From Plantibacter sp. RU18 (GTDB taxonomy: Bacteria; Actinomycetota; Actinomycetes; Actinomycetales; Microbacteriaceae), in assembly GCF_050613355.1 (NCBI RefSeq), contig NZ_CP159618.1, positions 311,581-343,580 on the forward strand: a stretch of 32,000 bases of DNA, in the 5' to 3' direction. The notes beneath the pieces are model-generated. The model was not told the DNA's origin, made no database searches, and saw nothing but the letters and a program-made list of their open reading frames with translations. The translations under genes were made by a program, and so were the position numbers. This document shows, in pieces, positions 19,392 to 26,906 of this stretch (the first letter of the stretch is position 1; each line of letters opens with the position of its first letter).

Positions 19392-19607
19392 GTCCGCAAC
19401 TCCTGCAGCTCGGGCCGCCGACGGCCCGATTCGGGCTGGTTGTGCCGGTCCTGAGCCCGATTGCAGGAGTTGTGCGCAAGCGAGGCGCTGCAGGACGGTG
19501 GAGCACTCGGCGGGCTCCCCGGTCCGCAACTCCTGCAGCTCCTGCCTGTTCGGGGACCTGGAACAGGATTCGGTCCGGATTGCCGGCCGATAGCAGGAGT
19601 TGTGGAC
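19392..19607 (+). repeat. Two tandem 130-bp units, each a long hairpin with conserved arms
   Basis: The 5' arm GTCCGCAACTCCTGCAGCTC is identical at 19392-19411 and 19522-19541. The 3' arm GCAGGAGTTGTG is identical at 19463-19474 and 19593-19604. The arms pair over 13 bp (copy 1) and 15 bp (copy 2), each with one G-U. The inner 49 nt differ but fold into their own small hairpins. Confidence 0.75.
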
Positions 19608-19626
19608 GAGAGAAAGGACCCCGTTG

Positions 19627-20526
19627 ATGCTGTACAGCGAGACGACACCGGCCGAGAAGCGCCGCCTGTTCCGCGAGCGACTCGCCACCGGTGAGCTGCT
19701 CCGCTTCCCGGGCGCGTTCAACCCACTGTCAGCGCGCCTCATCGAACAGAAGGGCTTCGACGGCGTCTACATCTCCGGCGCGGTGCTCTCCGCCGACCTC
19801 GGCCTGCCGGACATCGGCCTGACGACACTCACCGAGGTCGCCGGCCGTGCCAAGCAGATCGCCCGGATGACGGAGCTGCCGGCCATCGTCGACGCCGACA
19901 CCGGTTTCGGCGAGCCGATGAACGTGGCGCGCACGGTGCAGGAGATCGAGGACGCCGGGCTCGCCGGCCTCCACATCGAGGACCAGGTCAACCCGAAGCG
20001 GTGCGGGCACCTCGACGGCAAGCAGGTGGTCGACACCTCCACCGCCCTCGGTCGCATCCGTGCTGCGGTCGACGCCCGTCGCGACCCCAACCTGCTCATC
20101 ATGGCGCGCACCGACATCGCCGCGGTCGACGGCCTCCATGCCGCGATCGATCGGGCGAAGCAGCTCGTGGACGCCGGCGCGGATGCGATCTTCCCGGAGG
20201 CTATGCGCTCGCTCGAGGAGTTCGCTGCCGTTCGCGAGGCCGTGGACGTCCCGATCCTCGCGAACATGACGGAGTTCGGGAAGAGCGAGCTGTTCACCAC
20301 GCAGCAGCTCGCCGATGTCGGCATCAACATCGTCATCTGGCCGGTGTCCTTGCTGCGCATCGCCATGGGGGCGGCGGGCCGCGCACTCGACACCCTGAAC
20401 GAGGAGGGTGCGCTCACGTCGAAGCTCGGCGAGATGCAGCACCGCGCCGACCTCTACGAACTCATCGACTACGAGGGCTACAACCGGTTCGACACCTCGG
20501 TGTTCAATTTCACCGTGGACCGGTAG
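19627..20526 (+). CDS. prpB: Methylisocitrate lyase
   Basis: ATG 19627 follows AAAGGA. Motifs: FPGAFNPLSARL, DADTGFG, HIEDQVNPKRCGHLDGK, ARTDI. Confidence 0.93.
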   Translation: MLYSETTPAEKRRLFRERLATGELLRFPGAFNPLSARLIEQKGFDGVYISGAVLSADLGLPDIGLTTLTEVAGRAKQIARMTELPAIVDADTGFGEPMNVARTVQEIEDAGLAGLHIEDQVNPKRCGHLDGKQVVDTSTALGRIRAAVDARRDPNLLIMARTDIAAVDGLHAAIDRAKQLVDAGADAIFPEAMRSLEEFAAVREAVDVPILANMTEFGKSELFTTQQLADVGINIVIWPVSLLRIAMGAAGRALDTLNEEGALTSKLGEMQHRADLYELIDYEGYNRFDTSVFNFTVDR

Positions 20527-20542
20527 ACACCTCGGCGACCTG

Positions 20543-20624
20543 CTCCCCGAGCTTGTCGAGGGGCTGCAGGGGTGACAGGCTCGACCCGAGCACTCCGACC
20601 CGTTCCCCGACCTCGTCGAGGGGC
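20543..20624 (+). repeat. Two REP-like type-I cores inside the prpB-prpC spacer
   Basis: CTCCCCGAGCTTGTCGAGGGG (20543-20563) and GTTCCCCGACCTCGTCGAGGGG (20602-20624). The cores are 60 bp apart. Confidence 0.6.
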
Positions 20625-20663
20625 GCACGCACGACCGCCGCACCACCCGCAAAGGAGCAACGT

Positions 20664-21788
20664 ATGACCGAAGCGACCAGCGACATCAAGAAGGGTCTCG
20701 CCGGCGTCGTCGTCGACGTGACGAGCGTCTCGAAGGTGAACCCGGAGACCAACTCCCTGCTCTATCGCGGTTACCCGGTGCAAGAGCTCGCTGAGCACTG
20801 CACCTTCGAGCAGGTCGCATACCTGCTGTGGAACGGTGAGCTGCCGAGCGACGCCGAGCTGCGGGCGTTCGAGCAACTGGAGCGCGGCCAGCGGGTGCTC
20901 GATGACAACGTGAAGGCGGCGATCGATCTCCTGCCGACGACCTCGCACCCGATGGACGCCCTGCGCACCGCCGTGAGCGTCATCGGTGCGAACGATCCGA
21001 CCGCCGAGGACAACACACCTGAGGTCAACGCGGTGAAGGCGGCGAGCCTCTACGCGAAGCTGCCGGCGATCGTCGCCTACGACCAGCGGCGTCGGCACGG
21101 CCTCGAGCTCGTCCCGCCGCGCGACGACCTCGGCTACAGTGCGAACTTCCTGTACATGACCTTCGCCGAGGAGGCCGATCCGGTCGTCGTCGACGCCTTC
21201 GACGTGTCGATGATCCTGTACGCGGAGCACTCGTTCAACGCCTCGACCTTCACGGCTCGGGTCATCACCTCGACGCTGAGCGATCTGTATTCGGCCGTTG
21301 TCGGCGGCATCGGCGCGCTCAAGGGTGCGCTGCACGGCGGGGCGAACGAGGCGGTCATGCACGTCTTCGATGAGATCGGCACGGCGGACAAGGCGAACGC
21401 ATGGCTCGATGCTGCGCTCGCCGAGAAGCGAAAGATCATGGGCTTCGGCCACCGGGTGTACAAGAACGGCGACTCCCGCGTGCCGACGATGTTCGCGTCG
21501 CTCGAGAAGCTTGCGGAGCACTACGACAAGCCGGAGATCCTCGAGTTGTACACCACGCTCGAGGCCGACATGGTGGCGCGGAAGAACATCAAACCGAACC
21601 TCGACTACCCGTCGGGCCCCGCGTACAACCTGATCGGTTTCGACACGGCGACCTTCACGCCGTTGTTCGTTGCGTCCAGGGTCGTCGGCTGGACGGCGCA
21701 CATCGCTGAGCAGCTCGCGTCCAACGCGCTCATCCGTCCGCTGTCCGAGTACGTCGGTCCTGATGAGCGGCACGTGCCCATCAGCTGA
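20664..21788 (+). CDS. prpC: 2-methylcitrate synthase (citrate synthase family)
   Basis: ATG 20664 follows AAAGGAG. Motifs: LLYRGYPVQEL, ILYAEHSFNASTF, GALKGALHGGANE, GFGHRVYKNGDSR. Confidence 0.93.
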   Translation: MTEATSDIKKGLAGVVVDVTSVSKVNPETNSLLYRGYPVQELAEHCTFEQVAYLLWNGELPSDAELRAFEQLERGQRVLDDNVKAAIDLLPTTSHPMDALRTAVSVIGANDPTAEDNTPEVNAVKAASLYAKLPAIVAYDQRRRHGLELVPPRDDLGYSANFLYMTFAEEADPVVVDAFDVSMILYAEHSFNASTFTARVITSTLSDLYSAVVGGIGALKGALHGGANEAVMHVFDEIGTADKANAWLDAALAEKRKIMGFGHRVYKNGDSRVPTMFASLEKLAEHYDKPEILELYTTLEADMVARKNIKPNLDYPSGPAYNLIGFDTATFTPLFVASRVVGWTAHIAEQLASNALIRPLSEYVGPDERHVPIS

Positions 21789-21813
21789 CCGACGCGCCTC
21801 CACGCTACCCTCT

Positions 21814-21856
21814 CGGCGGCCGTCCACCACGCGGTGGGCGGCCGCCGTGGTGTTTT
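21814..21856 (+). terminator. Rho-independent terminator of the prp operon
   Basis: A 15-bp stem (CGGCGGCCGTCCACC pairs with GGTGGGCGGCCGCCG, one G-U), a 4-nt loop ACGC, then TGGTGTTTT. Confidence 0.75.
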
Positions 21857-21908
21857 CCGGGGCCACAGCCGTGCGCCGAGATGTCAACTGGTATTTATGA
21901 TGATGATT

Positions 21909-21921
21909 TGATATGTTAGAT
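21909..21921 (+). promoter_or_regulatory. Extended -10-like element TGATATGTT inside a shared 13-mer TGATATGTTAGAT
   Basis: It lies in an AT-rich island (21880-21925) in GC-rich DNA. TGn plus TATGTT fits TANNNT. A 12/13 identical copy occurs at 26828-26840. Confidence 0.4.
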
Positions 21922-22038
21922 TCCGGCGCGATCACGACGTCGGCTCGAGCAGTTCCGGCCGATCGGCCAACTCCCCTCCCTATGGCGACTCACCCGACAC
22001 CCGAGTGCGCCCTCCCACTGAGAAAGGCAGCTTCCCCT

Positions 22039-24285
22039 ATGAAGCTCAGAAAAACCCTGTCGGCGTTCGGCTTGATCGCCGTCGCCGCGTCCACCCTCGC
22101 GACCGGCCCGTCCGCGTTCGCCTCGGTCGACGATTCCGCGGCGCAGTCCGCGGCTCAGGCCACCGCAGCGAACGCCCCCGGATCCGCGGTGTTCACCGTT
22201 GCCGGCAAATTCTGGTCGTTGGACAACTCCAACGCCGGCTCCCCGCAAGCGTCGGCATATGACACGCCCGAGCAGGCCGAAGCTGCATCGGCTCAGCTGA
22301 CGTTGCCGCCCATCGGACAGCCCGGCCCGATCGTCAGCGGGAGCAATACGGGGGTCTGCCTCACGCCGAGCCCTGTCGGTGACAAGAACCGTCGCTGGTT
22401 CTCCTTCGCCGCTTGCTCGGGTGCTGGATCCCAGGACTTCGAGCTCGTTGAGCACGGCGGCGGGGTCGTTGTGAAAAACGTCGGTGCGTACCTCACTGTC
22501 CTGAAGTCAAACTGGTCAATCAACTACCTTGCAGGCGGAAACCTGGCTGAGGCCGCACAGGTCTCGGGCACGGCTGTCACTCCGGCGTTCGGCCTGACGA
22601 CGCCCGCTGTGGGGGCGGTCATTCGTGATGCTCAGCCGACCTTCTCCGGTGTGGGTGCGCCCGGGGCCACGATCGAGATCGAGGATGCTGACGGGCGCCT
22701 CGTCGCTACGACCACGGTCGGCGACGACAAGGCATGGTCTGTCCAGGCTGACGAGGCGTTCGCTGAGGGCACGCACACGGGCACGATCCGTCAGATCACC
22801 GCCGCTAATGTGGTGTCCACCACGCCGTACGAGTTCGAGTACGCGATGGTGAAGGACGTCGCTGTGACATCGCCGGAGATCGGCGGGTCGGTCGACGTAC
22901 CTCGTCCGGTGGTTTCCGGTACCGGTCAGGCTGGAGGCGAGATCGAGCTGGTGTTCGCTGAGCCGAACGAACGCACCTACAAGACGACGGTCGGCGAGGA
23001 CGGCACGTGGTCGATCGCGCCGACGGTGTCGCTGAAGAAGGGGCCGGTCGAAGGCCAGGTCACCCAGACCTTCGAGGGCGGTGTGAAGCAGTCCGCATTC
23101 AACTTCACCTATGGGACCGTCAAGCCCGTCACGAACGTGTCGCTCGAGACCCCGGCCGCTGGCGCAACACTGAAGGATGCCCGCCCGGTGTTCTCCGGTG
23201 CTGGTGAGAACGGTGCGACGATCGAGGTCGTCGAGGGTGGCAACATCATCGCGACGGCTACGGTCTCCGGCGGAACCTGGACCACGACGGCTGCCGCCGA
23301 CGTGGCTCTGGGCGCGCACGCTGGTTCGGTGAACCAGAAGATCAACGGTGCGCAGCAGTCATCCGTGCCGTTCTCCTTCACTCGTGAGGCTGACGTCGAG
23401 CAGCAGCCGCTCGTCGTCGCGAGCCCTGCCGTTGGTGGGTCGATTGTGACTGACGCGTCCGGCACGGTTGCTCCCGTGTTCTCCGGAACCGCGACGCCTG
23501 GTGCCGATGTCAAAGTCGTCACTGCTTGGGGCCACACGGTCGGCACGGTGAAGGCCGATGATGCCGGCGCATGGACGCTGACCTGGAACAAGACGCTGCT
23601 GCCGAACACCTACGCCGGCGGCGCGACCATCCAGTCGATCGACGGCAAGGTCATCGACCGCGTCGGCTACAACTTCACCGTGACGAACTCGCTCTCGCAG
23701 GAGCCGCTCGTGGTGACTTCGCCTGCTGTCGGCGGCACGATCGTGACCGACGCGTCCGGCACGGTTGCGCCGGTGTTCTCCGGAACAGCGACGCCTGGTG
23801 CCGACGTCAAGGTCGTCACCGCTTGGGGCGACACGGTCGGCACGGTCAAGGCTGACGCCACGACCGGCGCCTGGTCCCTCACCTGGAACAAGTCGCTGAA
23901 GCCTGCCACCTACGCCGGCGGAAACACCATCCAGAGCGTGAACAACGTCGAGATCGACCGCACAGGCTACCGCTTCACCGTTCAGGCTGCAGCCTCCAAG
24001 GTGGTGCTCACGAGCCCCGCGATCGGCGGAGTCATCTCCACCGGCGGCGCGACCAGCATCTCCCCGGTCTTCACCGGCACCGGTGACGAGGGTGCTCGGA
24101 TCGAGATCGTCGGCGCTTGGGGCACGGACCTCGGCAAGGGCGTCGTCAAGAACGGTGTCTGGGAGATCACCTGGGCGAACCAGTACTCGCCCGGGACCTA
24201 CTCCGGTGGCCTCGTGAAGCAGTACCTGGCCGATGGGACCGCGCTCCACTCCACGGTCCCGTACAACTTCACCATCACGAAGTAG
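22039..24285 (+). CDS. Secreted 748-aa protein: signal peptide, Cys-pair N-terminal domain, six Ig-like (Big-type) repeats, no anchor
   Basis: ATG 22039 follows GAGAAAGG, inside ORF 21913..24285. The signal peptide is MKLRKTLSAFGLIAVAASTLATGPSAFA. Six modules carry PxFSG(T/V/A)GxxGAx(I/V)x(I/V)...GxW...YxFx(Y/V). The protein ends NFTITK without LPXTG or a hydrophobic tail. Confidence 0.85.
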   Translation: MKLRKTLSAFGLIAVAASTLATGPSAFASVDDSAAQSAAQATAANAPGSAVFTVAGKFWSLDNSNAGSPQASAYDTPEQAEAASAQLTLPPIGQPGPIVSGSNTGVCLTPSPVGDKNRRWFSFAACSGAGSQDFELVEHGGGVVVKNVGAYLTVLKSNWSINYLAGGNLAEAAQVSGTAVTPAFGLTTPAVGAVIRDAQPTFSGVGAPGATIEIEDADGRLVATTTVGDDKAWSVQADEAFAEGTHTGTIRQITAANVVSTTPYEFEYAMVKDVAVTSPEIGGSVDVPRPVVSGTGQAGGEIELVFAEPNERTYKTTVGEDGTWSIAPTVSLKKGPVEGQVTQTFEGGVKQSAFNFTYGTVKPVTNVSLETPAAGATLKDARPVFSGAGENGATIEVVEGGNIIATATVSGGTWTTTAAADVALGAHAGSVNQKINGAQQSSVPFSFTREADVEQQPLVVASPAVGGSIVTDASGTVAPVFSGTATPGADVKVVTAWGHTVGTVKADDAGAWTLTWNKTLLPNTYAGGATIQSIDGKVIDRVGYNFTVTNSLSQEPLVVTSPAVGGTIVTDASGTVAPVFSGTATPGADVKVVTAWGDTVGTVKADATTGAWSLTWNKSLKPATYAGGNTIQSVNNVEIDRTGYRFTVQAAASKVVLTSPAIGGVISTGGATSISPVFTGTGDEGARIEIVGAWGTDLGKGVVKNGVWEITWANQYSPGTYSGGLVKQYLADGTALHSTVPYNFTITK
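23401..23994 (+). repeat. Intragenic tandem duplication: Ig modules 4 and 5 (2 x 297 bp)
   Basis: The QQPLVV unit at 23401 and the QEPLVV unit at 23698 give an exact 297-bp period. I counted 11 mismatches over a 114-nt stretch compared by eye (about 90% identity). Confidence 0.85.
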
Positions 24286-24314
24286 TCACCACCGCAGTCG
24301 ACAACTGAACATGC

Positions 24315-24348
24315 ATCGGCCCGGCCTCCCCTCGGAGGCCGGGCCGAT
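24315..24348 (+). terminator. Perfect 15-bp hairpin after the first Ig-repeat gene
   Basis: ATCGGCCCGGCCTCC-CCTC-GGAGGCCGGGCCGAT. There is no U tract (I-shaped terminator type). Confidence 0.65.
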
Positions 24349-24376
24349 CGTCATGACCAGCACGCTCACACACACG

Positions 24377-24385
24377 TGATATTTT
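24377..24385 (+). promoter_or_regulatory. Extended -10-like element TGATATTTT
   Basis: It lies in an AT-rich island (24375-24416) upstream of the second Ig-repeat gene and has the same TGATAT start as the two other module promoters. Confidence 0.35.
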
Positions 24386-24501
24386 TGTCGGTCGTACGAT
24401 CCATTTCAGATTGACATGTCGGGCCATGGGTCAGGCATTCTCCGGTGGTGTCTCGGGGGATCGATGAGGCACCGTCACCCCAGGAAAGGAAGCTTCGAAC
24501 G

Positions 24502-26727
24502 ATGAAGCTCACACACCCTCTGGCGATGCTCGGTGTCATCGTCATCGCCGCGGCTTCACTCGTGACGTCGGCTGAGGCGTCGGCGTTACCGGATGCTCAA
24601 CGCGCACCTGGATCGCTGGTCTTCCAGCTCGATGGCAAGTTCTACTCCACCGCGAACATCATGCCCACCAACACCGACTACGCCGAGTACCGCGAGTACG
24701 CGACGCTGGCAGAAGCGTCCACCAACTCCGTCGACTGGGTGCTTCCGGCGCTCGGAGCAACGGAAAGCATCCCCTCGCCGTTCGACGCCACGAAGTGCCT
24801 CACGGTCACGAACGGCGTGTCCCTGAGCTTCCAGCGTTGCGGAGGCGGCCGAAGCCAACAGTTCACGCTCGAGCCGACCGATGCCGGTGTCGTCCTCATC
24901 GGACCAGACGACGTCGCGTTCGGACCGACGCACTGGATCCGCGACAGCTTCCAGCTCCGTGCCGCAGTCGATCAGGCGGCGGCGGGGACCGTCACCGGAA
25001 CGGCCCTCGAGTCGCCGTTCGAGCTCGGGAGCCCGGCGATCGGCGCGACGGTTCGCGAGGGGCGGCCCGTGTTCTCGGGCGTCGGCCTGCCGGGCTCGGT
25101 CGTCGAGGTGGAGGACGAGGCCGGGCACCTGGTCGCTTCGACTGTCGTCGTCGCCGACGCCACCTGGGCGGTCCGAGCCGAACGAGCCTTCGTCGAGGGC
25201 TCCCATGCCGGCGCGGTCCGGCAGGTCTCGTCCGACGACACGGTCACCACCGTGCCGTACGCCTTCACCTACGCGTTGGTGCGGGGCGTCGACGTGACAT
25301 CGCCGGCAGCCGGGAGCTCCGTCAACATCCCGCGCCCGGTGATCTCGGGCACCGGAGAGCCGGGGGCATCGATCGAGCTCCTCTTCGCCGGTGTGAACGA
25401 GCGGAGCTATACGACCACGGTCACACCCGCCGGCGCCTGGCGGGTCTCCCCGACCGTCTCGTTGCAGCGAGGGCTCGTCGAGGGGCAGGTCACGCAGTCG
25501 TTCGAAGGCGAGATCGCCCAGGTCGGCTTCTCCTTCACCTATGGCGTGGTCGCGCCCGTCGCACCGGTCACGCTCGTCGCCCCTGGCATCGGTTCGACCG
25601 TCACCGATGCCCGTCCGTCATTCTCCGGGACGGGCGAGGATGGCGCGACGATCGAGGTCGTCGAAGACGGGTCGCTCATCGCTCGCGGAACCGTCGCCGA
25701 CGGGCGGTGGACCGCGAAGCCGAGTGCCGACCTCGCGGCCGGCAAGCACGAGGGTCGCGTCGTGCAGCTGATCGCGGGCGTCGAGCAATCCTCGACGCCG
25801 TTCTCCTTCACAAGGCGGCTCCCCGACGAGACCAGGCAGCTCGTCGTCGAGCGGCCTGCCCAGGGTGGCGAGTATGTGGTCGACGGCAAGGGAACGGCCA
25901 CGCCGCTCTTCTCCGGAACGGCCACTCCGGGAGCGGACATCCAGGTTCGGACGGCCTGGGGAGTCAACGCCGGGTCGGCGCGGGCCGATGTGGACGGGCG
26001 CTGGAGCATCACGTGGAACAAGGTGCTCGCGCCCGGTCGGTATGTGGGCGGATCGACGATCCAGTCCATCGGCGGGCGGCGCATCGACCAGGTGAGCTAC
26101 AGCTTCTCGGTCGTGCACGGGACGCAGATCCGCCGGCTCTCCGTGACCGCTCCGGCGATCGGTGGTGAGATCGGCGCCGACGACTCCGGTCTCGCACGAC
26201 CGGTCTTCACCGGCATGGGCACTCCGAACGCCGACATCAGGATCGTCACGGCTTGGGGCAACCTGGTCGGCTCGACGCAGGCTGATGCGACGGGTGCCTG
26301 GTCCATCACGTGGAGCAAGGCGCTGCAGCCGGGCGCCTATCGCGGCGGGAACACGATCCAGACGGTCAACAGCGTCGAGATCGATCGTGTCGGCTATTCG
26401 TTCGCCGTCCGCGCCGAATTGCTCGGTGTCCGGCTGGTCAGCCCGGCGCTCGGGGGTGTCGTGTACACGGGGGCTGCTGAAACGATCTCTCCGACGTTCA
26501 CCGGCACGGGCACCGAGGGTGCCCGCATCGAGATCGTCGGAGCATGGGGCACTCAACTCGGTCGCGGCGTCGTTCGCAACGGCGCCTGGCAGATCACCTG
26601 GGCCAACAGGTACCGCCCGGGAACGTATTCCGGGGGTCTCGTGAAGCAGTACCTCGAGGGCGAGACGGTGCTCGATTCCACCGCGCCTTACCGGTTCACC
26701 ATCCTCGCCGGCCTGCCCGCCGAGTAG
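24502..26727 (+). CDS. Secreted 741-aa paralogue: signal peptide, Cys-pair N-terminal domain, six Ig-like repeats, no anchor
   Basis: ATG 24502 follows GGAAAGGA, inside ORF 24445..26727. The signal peptide is MKLTHPLAMLGVIVIAAASLVTSAEASA. It is collinear with 22039..24285 module by module and ends FTILAGLPAE. Confidence 0.85.
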   Translation: MKLTHPLAMLGVIVIAAASLVTSAEASALPDAQRAPGSLVFQLDGKFYSTANIMPTNTDYAEYREYATLAEASTNSVDWVLPALGATESIPSPFDATKCLTVTNGVSLSFQRCGGGRSQQFTLEPTDAGVVLIGPDDVAFGPTHWIRDSFQLRAAVDQAAAGTVTGTALESPFELGSPAIGATVREGRPVFSGVGLPGSVVEVEDEAGHLVASTVVVADATWAVRAERAFVEGSHAGAVRQVSSDDTVTTVPYAFTYALVRGVDVTSPAAGSSVNIPRPVISGTGEPGASIELLFAGVNERSYTTTVTPAGAWRVSPTVSLQRGLVEGQVTQSFEGEIAQVGFSFTYGVVAPVAPVTLVAPGIGSTVTDARPSFSGTGEDGATIEVVEDGSLIARGTVADGRWTAKPSADLAAGKHEGRVVQLIAGVEQSSTPFSFTRRLPDETRQLVVERPAQGGEYVVDGKGTATPLFSGTATPGADIQVRTAWGVNAGSARADVDGRWSITWNKVLAPGRYVGGSTIQSIGGRRIDQVSYSFSVVHGTQIRRLSVTAPAIGGEIGADDSGLARPVFTGMGTPNADIRIVTAWGNLVGSTQADATGAWSITWSKALQPGAYRGGNTIQTVNSVEIDRVGYSFAVRAELLGVRLVSPALGGVVYTGAAETISPTFTGTGTEGARIEIVGAWGTQLGRGVVRNGAWQITWANRYRPGTYSGGLVKQYLEGETVLDSTAPYRFTILAGLPAE

Positions 26728-26827
26728 GTGGACCTCGGTAGCGGGTGGTGCCGTCGGGGACGGGTCCGCCCGGATCCCTGGGAGTCGACTGACAACCGTC
26801 GGCCACAACAACAGCCCATACTAGATC

Positions 26828-26840
26828 TGATATGCTAGAT
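26828..26840 (+). promoter_or_regulatory. Extended -10-like element TGATATGCT inside the shared 13-mer TGATATGCTAGAT
   Basis: It lies in an AT-rich island (26815-26860). It matches 21909-21921 at 12 of 13 positions, or 15 of 17 if extended to GATYTGATATGYTAGAT. Confidence 0.4.
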
Positions 26841-26906
26841 GTATTGAGTCACTCTGACCATATCGGCTCACTCCCGACCCACTCCGACCCGAGAAACGGA
26901 ACCATC

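Noticed and set aside
21913-22038. N-terminal extensions of the three module genes suggested by the ORF track (starts at 21913, 24445 and 26832).
   Set aside because: The extensions begin inside the AT-rich promoter-like islands and lack a Shine-Dalgarno sequence. They would also bury the obvious signal peptides, which start at the internal ATGs 22039, 24502 and 26907, each preceded by a GA-rich ribosome-binding site.
22029-22046. Conserved 6-bp hairpin AGCTTC-N6/7-GAAGCT enclosing the start codon of both Ig-repeat genes (also at 24491-24509).
   Set aside because: The stem is short and AU-containing. Both arms are identical in the two copies, so there is no covariation. The 3' arm is simply the codons for M-K-L. 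This is most simply a by-product of paralogy.
24411-24416. Perfect TTGACA -35 hexamer upstream of the second Ig-repeat gene.
   Set aside because: No TANNNT hexamer lies 16-19 bp downstream (GGCATT, GCATTC, CATTCT). The TGATATTTT element 30 bp upstream is a better promoter candidate and matches the other two genes.
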